From a virus, in IMG/VR virus record IMGVR_UViG_3300042884_000193, positions 32,001 to 96,000 of that record: a DNA stretch of 64,000 bases; one strand, written 5' to 3'. The notes under the pieces are model-generated. The model ran no database searches. It was not told where the DNA came from and saw only the letters and a list, made by a program, of their open reading frames with translations. How positions within the stretch are numbered: the stretch's first letter is position 1; every line of letters starts with the position of its first letter. This document shows positions 39,493 through 50,147 of the stretch, in pieces. Made by a program: the position numbers and the translations under genes.

Positions 39493-41112
39493 TTAGAATG
39501 ATCCGCCAGTGATTGGGTTACGCATAACAATTTTCAATACTTTGGTTGGGTCTTTAACCCAGATTGCAGGCATTGTTTGTGTCATGTATACACGGTATCC
39601 ATTGAATTGTCCAGAAGACGCAAAGCCTTGGCTACGTCCCATGTAATCCATAGTTCCGTTTTGGTACCACCACTTTAATTGATTATCCCAAGATAATTTC
39701 AACAAGAAGATGTTGTCATTAGTATTATCTGTGATATCAAAGATGATGAAGCTATAAGAAGACAATGGGAAACCATCAATGATTGGGTTTTCAATGTCAT
39801 TAGTATGTAAGTTGTCAAACGCTGGGTTAAGCACAAACTTCACGTTAGCCAAGAATGGGATAACATAAGAAGTGTAAGCAAATCCAAAGTTCAAGTCCAT
39901 ACCTTGACCAGTGATTGCTCCGATGTCAGCAGCTTGGATCAACAAACCTGAAGACATTGCTTCACGCTTGATTGCCTCATTAACCATACGCATACCACCC
40001 ATACCTGTTTGTACAATCAACTGACGCTTAGGATCTGGACCTTGGAAGTCAACCTTACCAGCGTAGAAGTTATACAATTCAGAACGGAATAAGTCAAGGT
40101 TAAAACCAGACTTGTTATATACGCGCTTAAATGAGTTGTCCAATTGCTTCCAAAGACCCACAGATAAACGCAAGTCATCTGGACCGTCTTGACGCACACG
40201 ACCACCTTGTCCCCACATTAAGTAAGTCTCGATGTCATTTGCAACTTTAGCCAAGTGAGCTGCTTCCATTGCAGTTAAGAAAGTGCGGCTTAAAGATCCG
40301 TTAGACATAGCACGCTTAACATAATCCTTACCCATACGCGAAACCATAGTATCTAGGTTAGCTACAGATGGATCCATGTTTTTGTCAAAGTTACGCCAGA
40401 TCTCTACTACAGGTACAGTACCATCAGCATTCATACCACCCTTAAGCATAAGGTCAGCACGAGAAGATACAGAATAGTGTACGTGAGCTTCAGTTCCTCC
40501 TACAAAGTTGTAGAATTCACGGAAACCAGTAGCAGTAGTGATGTCAGAGAAACGCTCTCCGTACTCACCACGAGCAGAACCTTTACGGAAGATTTTAGTA
40601 CCTGGTACAAGATAGTTAGTTGATAACGAGAAAGAGCTATCATTGTTTACCAATTGTACAGTGTACAAGAAACCATCACCTAGAGGAACAATGTCATCTA
40701 CAGTAATGTACATCTCAGCACCGTTGTACTTGTCATAAGTGATGATATCACCATGTCCAAATTCACGACGTGACAATTTGATTCTAAATGTAGTACCATC
40801 AGCACCTACTGTTGTAGCGCCATCTAATTCTACATCATCAACAATGTAAGGAAGATCTAATACAACTGGTGTTTGCCACTTGTACTCTCCACGAGCATTG
40901 TCAACATTAATTACATTCTTTCCACCAAAGCTAGACATTTGGTACAAAGGCATTTCTACCTTTTGCGCCATTGCCCAAAGATCTACTGGTCCTAAATCCA
41001 TAGGTTCAGAGTTCTTGAGCATGTTAACCAAGTGGTAAGAATCTACGTGTGAGCTAGCGGTGTAGCTGGTATCCCGCAGAAATATACCATTGTTTAAAAC
41101 TGGAGTTGCCAT
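39493..41112 (-). CDS. Major capsid protein (539 aa)
   Basis: EYKWQ, GLWKQL, VQTGMGGM, VLNPAFD and IWVKDPTK motifs; portal-scaffold-MCP order; strong terminator. Confidence 0.85.
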   Translation of the reverse strand: MATPVLNNGIFLRDTSYTASSHVDSYHLVNMLKNSEPMDLGPVDLWAMAQKVEMPLYQMSSFGGKNVINVDNARGEYKWQTPVVLDLPYIVDDVELDGATTVGADGTTFRIKLSRREFGHGDIITYDKYNGAEMYITVDDIVPLGDGFLYTVQLVNNDSSFSLSTNYLVPGTKIFRKGSARGEYGERFSDITTATGFREFYNFVGGTEAHVHYSVSSRADLMLKGGMNADGTVPVVEIWRNFDKNMDPSVANLDTMVSRMGKDYVKRAMSNGSLSRTFLTAMEAAHLAKVANDIETYLMWGQGGRVRQDGPDDLRLSVGLWKQLDNSFKRVYNKSGFNLDLFRSELYNFYAGKVDFQGPDPKRQLIVQTGMGGMRMVNEAIKREAMSSGLLIQAADIGAITGQGMDLNFGFAYTSYVIPFLANVKFVLNPAFDNLHTNDIENPIIDGFPLSSYSFIIFDITDNTNDNIFLLKLSWDNQLKWWYQNGTMDYMGRSQGFASSGQFNGYRVYMTQTMPAIWVKDPTKVLKIVMRNPITGGSF

Positions 41113-41144
41113 GTTTTTTTTATTTATTTAAGGGTTAAGTTAAT

Positions 41145-42362
41145 TTATCGTTTAAAAAAGTTATCATTTCTAGGTATGCGGCGTTGAACTTTCTCCTCTC
41201 TTTCTACTACCGGAGTACTAGATGTTTTACGAGCTTCTTCACTTTTCAACTGACGCACAGTTTTTTCTACTTGCTCATTCTTGCCGCTGTCCTTTATCTT
41301 ATTTCTGTATCCTACAGGATCAGCTAATAACCAAAGTGCCTCAGCAATCAATGGGTAGTTTGGTTCTACATATTGGTGTTTCTCTAGCAAGTGACCTAAC
41401 ATATTTGTAGGTTTACCTGACATAGATGGGTAGTTAGGTTGTACAAGACCAGCATATAACATACCCTGTGTCTTCTTATCTAACTTAATTCCATTAAGTT
41501 CACCAGGCTGTAAAGTTGTATATACATTATGTACATATGCTTTAGCAGCTTCCTGTTGTTGTGATCTTATTTGCTCTTGTTGAGCAAGCTTTTGAGCAAC
41601 AACAGATTCTTGCATTTTGTCCAACTTTGGTTTGAACTTTAATGCCTTAGCTTCTAGATCACCACGATCTCTCCAGTCTTCAATTTCTTCTTCAATATCA
41701 GCGGTAGTACCAAAGTTTGTAGCTCTCAAGTACTCACGTACTATCTGCTCTTGGTCATCTGCTTTCTTAGGATTTAATTCTCTTACTTCCTCAACTTGAG
41801 CAAGTACTTTAAATAATCCTTTTAAGTCATCACCGCCATCTGCTACATATTTAGCAGCAGCTTGAAGTTCCTCTGGAAGAGCTTCAAAGAATTCTACAGG
41901 TGTTTCCTGACGTATTCTATTTTCTCTTTCACTGAAGTTGGCTTCTAAAAGCTCTTCAAAATCTTTAATTGAATATTCATCAAGAGACTTATCATCATCA
42001 AAAGGTACAATTTGTCCCTTCTCAATAAGCTTATTCATTACCTCAGCCATTCCGCTTTTGTCAAGCTTAGGGCGACCTCCTGATTTTTTAGTTTCAGATT
42101 CATCATCTGAAGCCATAACAGGATCAATGTCTTTTAGAATATCATCAATAGATTCTGGTGCTTTCTGTCCCTGTGGATCTTCTTCATCCTCAGGATTGTC
42201 AATAAAAGAAAGATCTTCATTCCTAGGACTAAAAATACTAGGCTTTGTTTCTTTCTCAGGGAGCACAACGCTTTCTGCACCCGGTGTTCCTAGAATTTCA
42301 TCTAGGTTCATTTCTACTTGTGCTACTTCCGTAACATCGGTATTTATATTATCTAAGCTCAT
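41145..42362 (-). CDS. Acidic scaffold-like protein between portal and MCP; start reassigned to 42362
   Basis: Acidic disordered N-terminus and coiled coils; ATG 42362 is preceded by ATAAACCAACAAAC and a TATATTAA element. Confidence 0.6.
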   Translation of the reverse strand: MSLDNINTDVTEVAQVEMNLDEILGTPGAESVVLPEKETKPSIFSPRNEDLSFIDNPEDEEDPQGQKAPESIDDILKDIDPVMASDDESETKKSGGRPKLDKSGMAEVMNKLIEKGQIVPFDDDKSLDEYSIKDFEELLEANFSERENRIRQETPVEFFEALPEELQAAAKYVADGGDDLKGLFKVLAQVEEVRELNPKKADDQEQIVREYLRATNFGTTADIEEEIEDWRDRGDLEAKALKFKPKLDKMQESVVAQKLAQQEQIRSQQQEAAKAYVHNVYTTLQPGELNGIKLDKKTQGMLYAGLVQPNYPSMSGKPTNMLGHLLEKHQYVEPNYPLIAEALWLLADPVGYRNKIKDSGKNEQVEKTVRQLKSEEARKTSSTPVVEREEKVQRRIPRNDNFFKR

Positions 42363-42460
42363 TGTTTGTTGGTTTATAATATTAATATAGGCAAAAGTAT
42401 TCATTTAAACTTTTAAGATTTTAAAATCTCAAAAATTAAAGTTGATCATATAGCTAATGG

Positions 42461-45196
42461 CTACTCTTCTGCTCCAGCATCAAATCTATTTTTGTTCTCT
42501 CTAGCAATTTGCAGCTTGGTCATCGCAATATCTTTTTGAGTAGCAAGTTTCTCTTTTTCAAGGTCTAGTTTAGTAGATGCCTGTGAAGCTCTTGAAACTT
42601 CCTTATCTTGTTGAATCTGAGTGTTTTGTCTATATAACTCAGTATTCTGAAGTTTGTCCATAGCATCAACATAGTCACTTTGCTTGTTCTCATTGATGTC
42701 TTTCATTGAGCCAAAGCCTGCAGATTTGATCTGAGCTTGTAGAATATCAGCTTGACGATTTTTCTCATTCTCAGCAGACTCAAACTCCATCTTCTGCTTA
42801 GCTTCATCTTGTTTAGCTTTGATAGCTTGATCTTGCATTTGTTGTTGCTGTTGCATTTCTTCTTTACGCTTTTGCTCAGATTTAATCTCAGTAGCTTTAA
42901 GTACATTAGTAACTTCGGCAATAGACTCAGACTTCATAATATTACCAAGATCATAGATTGACGCATTAGTTGTATTATTCTGAATAGCTAATTGTTTAAG
43001 CTGATCTAGTAATGCTCTTTGGTTAGAGCGCGTTGTGCAATATACATTAAAGTCTCTGAGCATTAGATCAGTACCGTTAATCTCAAAGTTAGCTTTTTCT
43101 TCAGCTGTTGTTATATATTGTAAGCGTACCGAGGGTTTGGTACTGTGATAATACTGGGATAAATCTGTACGCATAGAGTGTACACGTGGCATTAAATAAT
43201 CACAGTGCTGTATAAAATATATTTCAGTTTGAGCATAAGATGAGTTTACAGCTTGTTCAACACCTGTTGCAGTTTCTTGTGATAACTGTTGTCCCATCCG
43301 TTGCGGAGTAATACCTATTGTCTCAAAAGCTTGCATCTTAAAGTAATTAGCCAACTGAATACGAGACATTAAGCGGTTAGTTTGCTCAAGGTCAAGTTTC
43401 TGATAGTGCTGGAAGGCAAGTGGATTTTCTGTATTACTGATAGATGTATCTAAGGGTAAGATCTGAAAATTCTTCATTGCAACATATGCTTTTGCATAAG
43501 CATTCTTACCCCAGTCTTCTCCAAGAGAATGTTTAGGTAAAGCATTCTGATCCAATAAGATAACTGTTCCCAGTTCATCTATTAATATATCTGCAATCTG
43601 GTTATTTACAATGTTGTAGCCAATCTGAAATGGCTTCATTAAATCAATTAGGGAAGTAGATCTTGTATTACGGTCAGAGAATACGGAGCCCTCAATAGGA
43701 AGTTTACAACCATACAGAGAGTTGTCTCCTTTAAATTGAAACTTTATTGGCTTGATTGCATTTTGGTTCACACCTAAATATATAGGATTAATACCTCCGG
43801 GAGATTTAGTTCCCCAGAAAGATGGCGCGTGAGGGCCAATCTTAACTCCACCCCAAACCTCATTGATCCAGATCCAATCTATATGTTCACCAAACATTAG
43901 ATTATTTTTGGTCTTATTTTTAATAAGGTTAGTATCATAGACAGGTTTATCTACAACCTGATAGTCTTCTGTAATAACTTCATGTGATGCATTACCAAGA
44001 TCATCAATCTTGGTTAAGTGCCCTACACGACGCTGCGATTTCCAATATACTGTAGTTACACGAAGCATATCTGTTAATCCCATGTCAAAGAAATCCTCTG
44101 ACTCACTCATAATCCATTTAACAATATCTCCACCTACTGTAGAATTTTGCCACATGGATGTATATTGACGGTAACCAAGAGATGGCATTTCTGTATTCCA
44201 CTCATGTGATTTAGTGCCATCATAGTAACTACCATCATTCTGATATCCCTGGATAGGATATCCCGCAGAGCGCACAGGATATATAAGCTCTAATGATTTA
44301 AGCTGATCCTCATTCATCAACCACCCATACTTGTCAACTACATCAGCAACAGACATCATATCAAACTTACCAGCCCAACTTCCCTCTGATATATAACGTG
44401 TGTCTGGTGATTTATGGTAGAATGTTAATACTGGATTCCATAACTCAATATTATAGTCGTCCTCCATCATCTTAAAGTGCCAGAACTCACGGTCAGTAAT
44501 AAGCATATCACGGAAAGCTCTTTCTTCAAGTTCTTCCATGTGAAATCTCTCAATATCATTCAAGTGTTGGTGAGTAGCCCATTGCTCTACTATACCTGTA
44601 TAACTTTTCTGAAAAAAGTTCTGTATCTCAGGTAATGTTTTAAGTTTATCTGGCGATAGTACATCTTGATATTGTTTTTCATCAATATCATATCCCATAT
44701 TTTGAAGATTAGTTTTAACCTTCAACTCTGCTTGTTTTAACAATAACTGCTCTACTTCAGTTCTCTTAGCCTCTAATTCTTCATTATATGAAATATCATC
44801 AACAGCTTTAAATATAACCTTTGTACTTCTCTTAGAAAATTCAGCAACAAGTGTATTAATTACACTAGGAATAATAGGATAAAACTTAAGCTCTAATGCT
44901 GAAGTATCTTCTTTTGTAAGAACTTCTATCATGTCGGCATACTCATTATCCTGCTCTATGATATAGTCGGTTTTATCTATGATACCTTTAGCCAGCTTAT
45001 AGTTCTTCATAAGGCGGCGAGCATTGCGACGGATTTGTTTTAATCCTTCCCATTCCAACCAGTCAAGGTTCCATGCAGCCCAAGCTTCATCTTTTTTGGA
45101 ACGTGGCAAAAACTGAATAGGCTGATTAAGAGTACCCATTTTGTTGTACTCAACCTTGGCACCAGCCTTAACTTGCATTGCATTAAATATCTGCAT
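42461..45196 (-). CDS. Portal protein (911 aa)
   Basis: FYPIIPSVINTL, WINEVWGG, SLIDLMKPFQIGYNIVNNQ and IGITPQRMG motifs; follows TerL. Confidence 0.85.
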   Translation of the reverse strand: MQIFNAMQVKAGAKVEYNKMGTLNQPIQFLPRSKKDEAWAAWNLDWLEWEGLKQIRRNARRLMKNYKLAKGIIDKTDYIIEQDNEYADMIEVLTKEDTSALELKFYPIIPSVINTLVAEFSKRSTKVIFKAVDDISYNEELEAKRTEVEQLLLKQAELKVKTNLQNMGYDIDEKQYQDVLSPDKLKTLPEIQNFFQKSYTGIVEQWATHQHLNDIERFHMEELEERAFRDMLITDREFWHFKMMEDDYNIELWNPVLTFYHKSPDTRYISEGSWAGKFDMMSVADVVDKYGWLMNEDQLKSLELIYPVRSAGYPIQGYQNDGSYYDGTKSHEWNTEMPSLGYRQYTSMWQNSTVGGDIVKWIMSESEDFFDMGLTDMLRVTTVYWKSQRRVGHLTKIDDLGNASHEVITEDYQVVDKPVYDTNLIKNKTKNNLMFGEHIDWIWINEVWGGVKIGPHAPSFWGTKSPGGINPIYLGVNQNAIKPIKFQFKGDNSLYGCKLPIEGSVFSDRNTRSTSLIDLMKPFQIGYNIVNNQIADILIDELGTVILLDQNALPKHSLGEDWGKNAYAKAYVAMKNFQILPLDTSISNTENPLAFQHYQKLDLEQTNRLMSRIQLANYFKMQAFETIGITPQRMGQQLSQETATGVEQAVNSSYAQTEIYFIQHCDYLMPRVHSMRTDLSQYYHSTKPSVRLQYITTAEEKANFEINGTDLMLRDFNVYCTTRSNQRALLDQLKQLAIQNNTTNASIYDLGNIMKSESIAEVTNVLKATEIKSEQKRKEEMQQQQQMQDQAIKAKQDEAKQKMEFESAENEKNRQADILQAQIKSAGFGSMKDINENKQSDYVDAMDKLQNTELYRQNTQIQQDKEVSRASQASTKLDLEKEKLATQKDIAMTKLQIARENKNRFDAGAEE

Positions 45197-45201
45197 ATCT
45201 T

Positions 45202-47415
45202 TTATCTAAAATTTTTAAATGGACTTCTTGGTAACTTCATACCACTAAAGCTCTTGTCACCCCCACCAATATGACGGAAAGGGCTCATATTCAATTTACT
45301 GAATTTATCGTTGTTATCCAAGCTTTTTGGTTTACCGCTATCTTCAAATCTTTTTTTATAACCTCTATTTGCTTGTTGAACTTTTGCAAAAGCTACTAAA
45401 GCAGCAAAAGCTACAAGTCTATCTACGTTAACTCCTTCTCTATAAGCTTGCATTTCTTTAAGCAACATGATGTCTGGTATACGCTCTATACCATAGGTAG
45501 TCTTAACTACTTTACCATCAGCTGTTGTTTCTTCATGTAGCTCCTCACGTAAGAATTCAATAGCATAACTTACCATATGACTTTTAAATAAAGTCCCTGT
45601 ATTACGCCAGCCGTATTCCTGGAATACATTAGCGTTAGCTCCTATATCTTTCAAGAATAGAATCTGCTGTCTTGGAACTAAATACTTTTGCTTCTTACGG
45701 TTAATCATATGTGTGATAAACTGTGGAATATTATTCTCAACAATAGTCCAGGCATTGTACCACTCAATAATAAGTTCTAATCTCTCATGTGTTTTATTGA
45801 TATCATCAAAGCGGCCACACCAAGCAGCTACTAGTTTATCCTGCTCAATAGCAGTCTCTACCTCATCACCGTCTCTCCTTGTTACTTCTACAGATGTTTT
45901 ATACACATAGATGGCGCACAAGGACTCTGATGTAGTAGTTTTACCTTCTCCCACGGGATCGACAGATGCATAATACATCCCAAATTCAGGATCCTTGCAG
46001 GGTCTTTCATATACAACAACACATCCTGTTTTATCCTCTGTGTCTTTTGTAATAGGAAAATCCTTGATAGGTAATTTGTTAGTCTCCTTTGCAGTTATCT
46101 TACCATTCTCATCTTTATATATCTCAAGGTGCTCATAAGGATAAATCTTTTCTTCAATTCTTCTCATTTGAGCAACAACCAAATGCTGAGGAAATGCAGA
46201 TGCTGTTCTAAAATCAAAAGCTTCTTTAATATTTCTAGGATGCTGTGATATACGAAGCTGATATTCTGCCGGATCTAATTCTCTTTTCCATGCCGCAAAT
46301 TGTTCATCCAATGCAACAAGAGCTTCTTCTACTTTAGAGTTACCAAAAGAATCTATAAATGGGGGCATTGACCATTGTTCAGGAATAAACAAACCTGTTC
46401 TACCATGCACACCGGTCTCATCAATTAATCTTGATTCTACTGCATATATATCATTAGCATCAGGCCTGATAATCATTTTACGTAAAGGCTCACACTGAGA
46501 CAAATCTCCTACAGAACCTGCAGCAATAAACATTCCCGTAGTCATGAATCCTGATTTCATAGCAGGGCGTATGTACTCAAATGTTGTATCCATCTTAGGA
46601 GCAATACCTGCTTCCTCATGGAAAAAATACCTGCACGGTCCCCCTACACCATTGGTAGGATCTTTCTCAAAAGACATACCCTGGAGTACACCTTTAAGAC
46701 CTATTTCTGTTTTACGTTTCTGAATACCTGTGGTTATCTCAATCTTCTGTTGCCACATCATAACCTTATTAGGATTCATAGGGCGGTACCAGGCAGTGTG
46801 TTGATTTAAAAAAGCCTCGTATTCATTTAAGAATTTCCAAGTTCCTTTCTCATTAATATAGTCTTTAAGACTAGCTCCCATTTTAAGAGTAACCCCTTCC
46901 TCAAACCAGATCTGATTTATAAACTTACCAGCATGATAATAGGATGATGCAATTTGACGTTTCTTTAATATGGCGGCATGTTTAAAGTTTAATTCAGCCA
47001 GCATCTCATATAACGCCATATGATACTGAGCATCTCTGACATCAGCAAAACCATATTTTTGAATCTCTTTATTAAAGATAGGTAAGAAGTTTAACCACAT
47101 ATAATAGTCACGTGGTATATACCAGGCATTGCCATTATTTTTATATATAGCTCCTAAACGACATTTATCTTTTTGATCATTCCAGTATTGTATGTAGTCT
47201 TTAGTACCCTGAGGAAATTGACAATAAAAACCTTTAGCATTAAAGTTTCTTGCCTCAGCATTGAATACAAGACTTGTTTCATCAAACTGATATTGACCCG
47301 GCTCTTTAAATATGCTAAAAACAAAATCTCTAAAATCATCATGAGTAGCAAAGAGGGTCATTGACCACTCTCCATTTTCCCATGTAGGAATTTCTATATC
47401 TGTTTGTTGTAGCAT
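45202..47415 (-). CDS. terL: Terminase large subunit (737 aa)
   Basis: LKKRQIASSY (Walker A variant), FFHEEAG (Walker B), ASVDPV / IVENN / NVDRL nuclease motifs. Confidence 0.9.
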   Translation of the reverse strand: MLQQTDIEIPTWENGEWSMTLFATHDDFRDFVFSIFKEPGQYQFDETSLVFNAEARNFNAKGFYCQFPQGTKDYIQYWNDQKDKCRLGAIYKNNGNAWYIPRDYYMWLNFLPIFNKEIQKYGFADVRDAQYHMALYEMLAELNFKHAAILKKRQIASSYYHAGKFINQIWFEEGVTLKMGASLKDYINEKGTWKFLNEYEAFLNQHTAWYRPMNPNKVMMWQQKIEITTGIQKRKTEIGLKGVLQGMSFEKDPTNGVGGPCRYFFHEEAGIAPKMDTTFEYIRPAMKSGFMTTGMFIAAGSVGDLSQCEPLRKMIIRPDANDIYAVESRLIDETGVHGRTGLFIPEQWSMPPFIDSFGNSKVEEALVALDEQFAAWKRELDPAEYQLRISQHPRNIKEAFDFRTASAFPQHLVVAQMRRIEEKIYPYEHLEIYKDENGKITAKETNKLPIKDFPITKDTEDKTGCVVVYERPCKDPEFGMYYASVDPVGEGKTTTSESLCAIYVYKTSVEVTRRDGDEVETAIEQDKLVAAWCGRFDDINKTHERLELIIEWYNAWTIVENNIPQFITHMINRKKQKYLVPRQQILFLKDIGANANVFQEYGWRNTGTLFKSHMVSYAIEFLREELHEETTADGKVVKTTYGIERIPDIMLLKEMQAYREGVNVDRLVAFAALVAFAKVQQANRGYKKRFEDSGKPKSLDNNDKFSKLNMSPFRHIGGGDKSFSGMKLPRSPFKNFR

Positions 47416-47416
47416 A

Positions 47417-47938
47417 TTAAGTCATTTGGTCATAAGCAAGTCCAGCACCCCCGCGCGCACGACCTGCTTGTTCTTCTTGAAGGTCTTTATAAGCACCTTT
47501 ATAAGCTTCTCTAATTTGTTGAAACTTAGCCGCTGTATTTGTAAGAGCCGTAAGATTACCATCTCTACCATCTGTAATACTTGTTGTACCCATATAGTTA
47601 GCCAGCCTATCAAGCATTTGTTTAATACCATTATAAGCTCTCATAGTTGGTGTCTCATAAAGCTTCTTACAAAGCTGTAAAGCTCCTGGAATACCATCAT
47701 CCTCAGGACTAAATTCCGCTTTGATCTCAGCTAATATAATCTCTTCTTTGTCATCTTCTGCAAGATTGAAAAAAGGATTTAGATCTGGATTAGGACAGCT
47801 CATATAAAAAAGATACAGATATATCTTCAAATGATCCTCTGGATAGTCATCCATAATTTTCTTTAAAGTACTTATAGTGTAGCAGTGTTCACTAGGAACT
47901 ACCACTCCATTTTGCATATCAAATAGTTTTACCAGCAT
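47417..47938 (-). CDS. Conserved protein upstream of TerL, possible terminase small subunit (173 aa)
   Basis: Position; helical C-terminus ending ARGGAGLAYDQ. Confidence 0.45.
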   Translation of the reverse strand: MLVKLFDMQNGVVVPSEHCYTISTLKKIMDDYPEDHLKIYLYLFYMSCPNPDLNPFFNLAEDDKEEIILAEIKAEFSPEDDGIPGALQLCKKLYETPTMRAYNGIKQMLDRLANYMGTTSITDGRDGNLTALTNTAAKFQQIREAYKGAYKDLQEEQAGRARGGAGLAYDQMT

Positions 47939-48743
47939 TTCTCATTGTATTTATAATACTAATCACCTCATTTTTGAGGTAAGGCACCTCATATTCAACT
48001 ATTCCACTCACAACAGGCTCACCAAACTGATCATATAAAACAACTCTATTATCATAAGCATCTTTACCAGCTTCCTCAAACAATATGTGTTCTATAATCA
48101 TCATCCCTGGCTTTAATCTAGGGTTATGTTTAAGAATCATATACATATAGAAACTTAACTGTAATGCATAATGGTTAAGATTACAATCATCCAAATGATG
48201 GAGTGGAGCAAGCATTCTATCACTAACTCCTTCCCAATTAACATAAGACTCAGTCTTAATTTCTTTATTAGTCTTGTAATCATATATATTGACCTTTCCG
48301 TTAATTACTTCTATTCTATCTGCTTGACCACATAGTCCCGCACTCTTAAGATACGTCATATGCTCAGGATATATACCATCTGCAAGTTTTTGATCAGGTG
48401 CCTTTTTAATCCCATCAACTTCAATAGGTTTAAAAATAGGTATAATACAACCATCTTTTTCTATAGTGCTACATGATGTATAAGCAAGCTCTCTTTGGTT
48501 ATGATACCATGTGCCTAGATTAACAGCTTTTTGTGATTCATTTCTCCAAGCTTCTTTAACATCAGTTTCTGTCATACCATACCATTTGCTCCAATTGTTC
48601 TTAACAGATTTAGCAGCTATAATATCAGCATCAAAAGGTTTCTTATATTTAGATATGATGCTTGTTACGCTAGTCCATGTGATATTATCACTGGTATCTA
48701 TGCTTGTATAACTATGTGTCTCGGGTTTAAATACTATTGCCAT
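47919..48743 (-). CDS. PD-(D/E)XK nuclease (274 aa)
   Basis: SVTSII, GTWYH, GQADRI...IYDYKT and YALQLSFY motifs. Confidence 0.85.
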   Translation of the reverse strand: MAIVFKPETHSYTSIDTSDNITWTSVTSIISKYKKPFDADIIAAKSVKNNWSKWYGMTETDVKEAWRNESQKAVNLGTWYHNQRELAYTSCSTIEKDGCIIPIFKPIEVDGIKKAPDQKLADGIYPEHMTYLKSAGLCGQADRIEVINGKVNIYDYKTNKEIKTESYVNWEGVSDRMLAPLHHLDDCNLNHYALQLSFYMYMILKHNPRLKPGMMIIEHILFEEAGKDAYDNRVVLYDQFGEPVVSGIVEYEVPYLKNEVISIINTMRNAGKTI

Positions 48744-49053
48744 CGGTTTCTAGTTTAGCGTTTAAATCATCCTCTTCTTCTTCACTCATTACTGCAAACC
48801 ATCTACCTTTAGGACAGGCTGAAGATAGACTGCGAGTTTTATATTTAAGGGAACAGCCACAATCACTGCAACACGGTTGAGTTCCAGGTACCTCACATTT
48901 ATCACCTTTAAGATCTATTAAAGGACACGTACTACATATATCATTTCTGTAACTAGCAATTCTCTCAATCTTCTTGCGAGTAAAATAGTAATTAAAAACT
49001 CCCTCTAAGATGAGCCACTTAGTCTTCCAGATTTTTTTGAGTTTGCTTATCAT
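48727..49053 (-). CDS. Small Cys-rich metal-binding protein (108 aa)
   Basis: RxxICxxCP...CxxCGC..K......CPKGRW pattern. Confidence 0.7.
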   Translation of the reverse strand: MISKLKKIWKTKWLILEGVFNYYFTRKKIERIASYRNDICSTCPLIDLKGDKCEVPGTQPCCSDCGCSLKYKTRSLSSACPKGRWFAVMSEEEEDDLNAKLETDGNSI

Positions 49054-49399
49054 TTTTATGTTGGTTTTTCTTTTCTATATACTCATCCATAATTCCTTTA
49101 GCTCTGTTATATCTCTTTAGTTTTTCTACATAACTATTATAGATGTTATATTTAACAAAGCTTTTAGGGGGATCTTGTGCTACTTCCTTTTTAGCAGACT
49201 CAATCTTCTTATTAAGGATGTTATATCTAAGGGTAAATGTACCGAGATTTGGTAACCTTATAAAGGGATGCTCAATTTCTCCTAGGGTTTTTCTTACATG
49301 TACCCAGTAGAAATCTACAACATCCTTTACAAGATCAGGGCTTTTTTTAAGAGCTTTAGCTGTAGCGCTACTCAGATCCTTTGCTTTCTTGGGGTTCAA
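49019..49399 (-). CDS. HU/IHF-like DNA-binding protein (126 aa)
   Basis: Two N-terminal helices followed by IRLPNLGTFTL. Confidence 0.65.
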   Translation of the reverse strand: MNPKKAKDLSSATAKALKKSPDLVKDVVDFYWVHVRKTLGEIEHPFIRLPNLGTFTLRYNILNKKIESAKKEVAQDPPKSFVKYNIYNSYVEKLKRYNRAKGIMDEYIEKKNQHKNDKQTQKNLED

Positions 49400-49757
49400 A
49401 TCTTATAAATTTATAGTCCAATAAAATATTACCTGTAGTTTGCACAACAATTTCCTTAGAGATTTTGATTTTTTTACGGTTTTTTCCAACCTTTACAAAA
49501 TCAATAAGTCCTTTGCGCTCAGCCTTTGCAACAGCATTTCTAACTGACTGACTACAACCAAATATGTTATTGTCAGCAGCCGTATTACAAAAATCAGTAA
49601 GTTCTGTTTCACCAGAAATAGCAAGCATAGATAAGCAGCTCAAGTCCAGATCAGAAACTTTAATGTTCTTTATAAAGCAATGAGTGATGAATTGGAGTTT
49701 TACAATCTCCCATAAGTCCATCCTCACTTTTTTTTGTACTTGATTTACTATAGCCAT
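49368..49757 (-). CDS. Winged-helix DNA-binding protein (129 aa)
   Basis: SQSVRNAVAKAERKGLI recognition-helix and wing pattern. Confidence 0.55.
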   Translation of the reverse strand: MAIVNQVQKKVRMDLWEIVKLQFITHCFIKNIKVSDLDLSCLSMLAISGETELTDFCNTAADNNIFGCSQSVRNAVAKAERKGLIDFVKVGKNRKKIKISKEIVVQTTGNILLDYKFIRFEPQESKGSE

Positions 49758-49760
49758 GAC

Positions 49761-50024
49761 TTATTTCTCAGCTTTTAGTTTACGGCCTTGTTGAGGAATA
49801 GGCTGCTCTTTAGATTCTGCTGCATGTGAATCAGGACCTGCTTCAATTTGAGCTATCTTCATAGCAGCATACAAGCGTCTAGCTCTAAGTTCTTCTAACT
49901 CAGTAATAGCAGTCTCATAACGCTTTTGAGCTTCAAGTAATTCCATCTGAGAATCAAAGTATTTAATCATCTCAGCTTTTCTCTCCTCAATCATTTCAGG
50001 AGTAATTGTTTGTTGGTTTTCCAT
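49761..50024 (-). CDS. Coiled-coil hypothetical protein (87 aa)
   Basis: ORF with a TATATTTG element upstream. Confidence 0.7.
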   Translation of the reverse strand: MENQQTITPEMIEERKAEMIKYFDSQMELLEAQKRYETAITELEELRARRLYAAMKIAQIEAGPDSHAAESKEQPIPQQGRKLKAEK

Positions 50025-50047
50025 AATTTTAAATATTTAGATTTAAA

Positions 50048-50055
50048 CAAATATA
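50048..50055 (-). promoter_or_regulatory. Bacteroidota-type -7 element TATATTTG
   Basis: Matches TAnnTTTG, between a terminator and the ATG at 50024. Confidence 0.55.
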
Positions 50056-50086
50056 GGTGAAAAGTTTAAACTTACAACATTTAAAC

Positions 50087-50131
50087 AAAAAAAAAGACCC
50101 GCTAGCAGATCTTACGGTATGCTAGACGGGT
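50087..50131 (-). terminator. Intrinsic terminator
   Basis: Minus strand ACCCG-T-CTAGCA...TGCTAG-CGGGT-C followed by T9. Confidence 0.8.
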
Positions 50132-50147
50132 ACCTAATACTTAAGAG

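Noticed and set aside
47919-48743. Cas4/CRISPR association
   Set aside because: No four-Cys Fe-S pattern and no CRISPR array in the window; treated as a generic PD-(D/E)XK nuclease.
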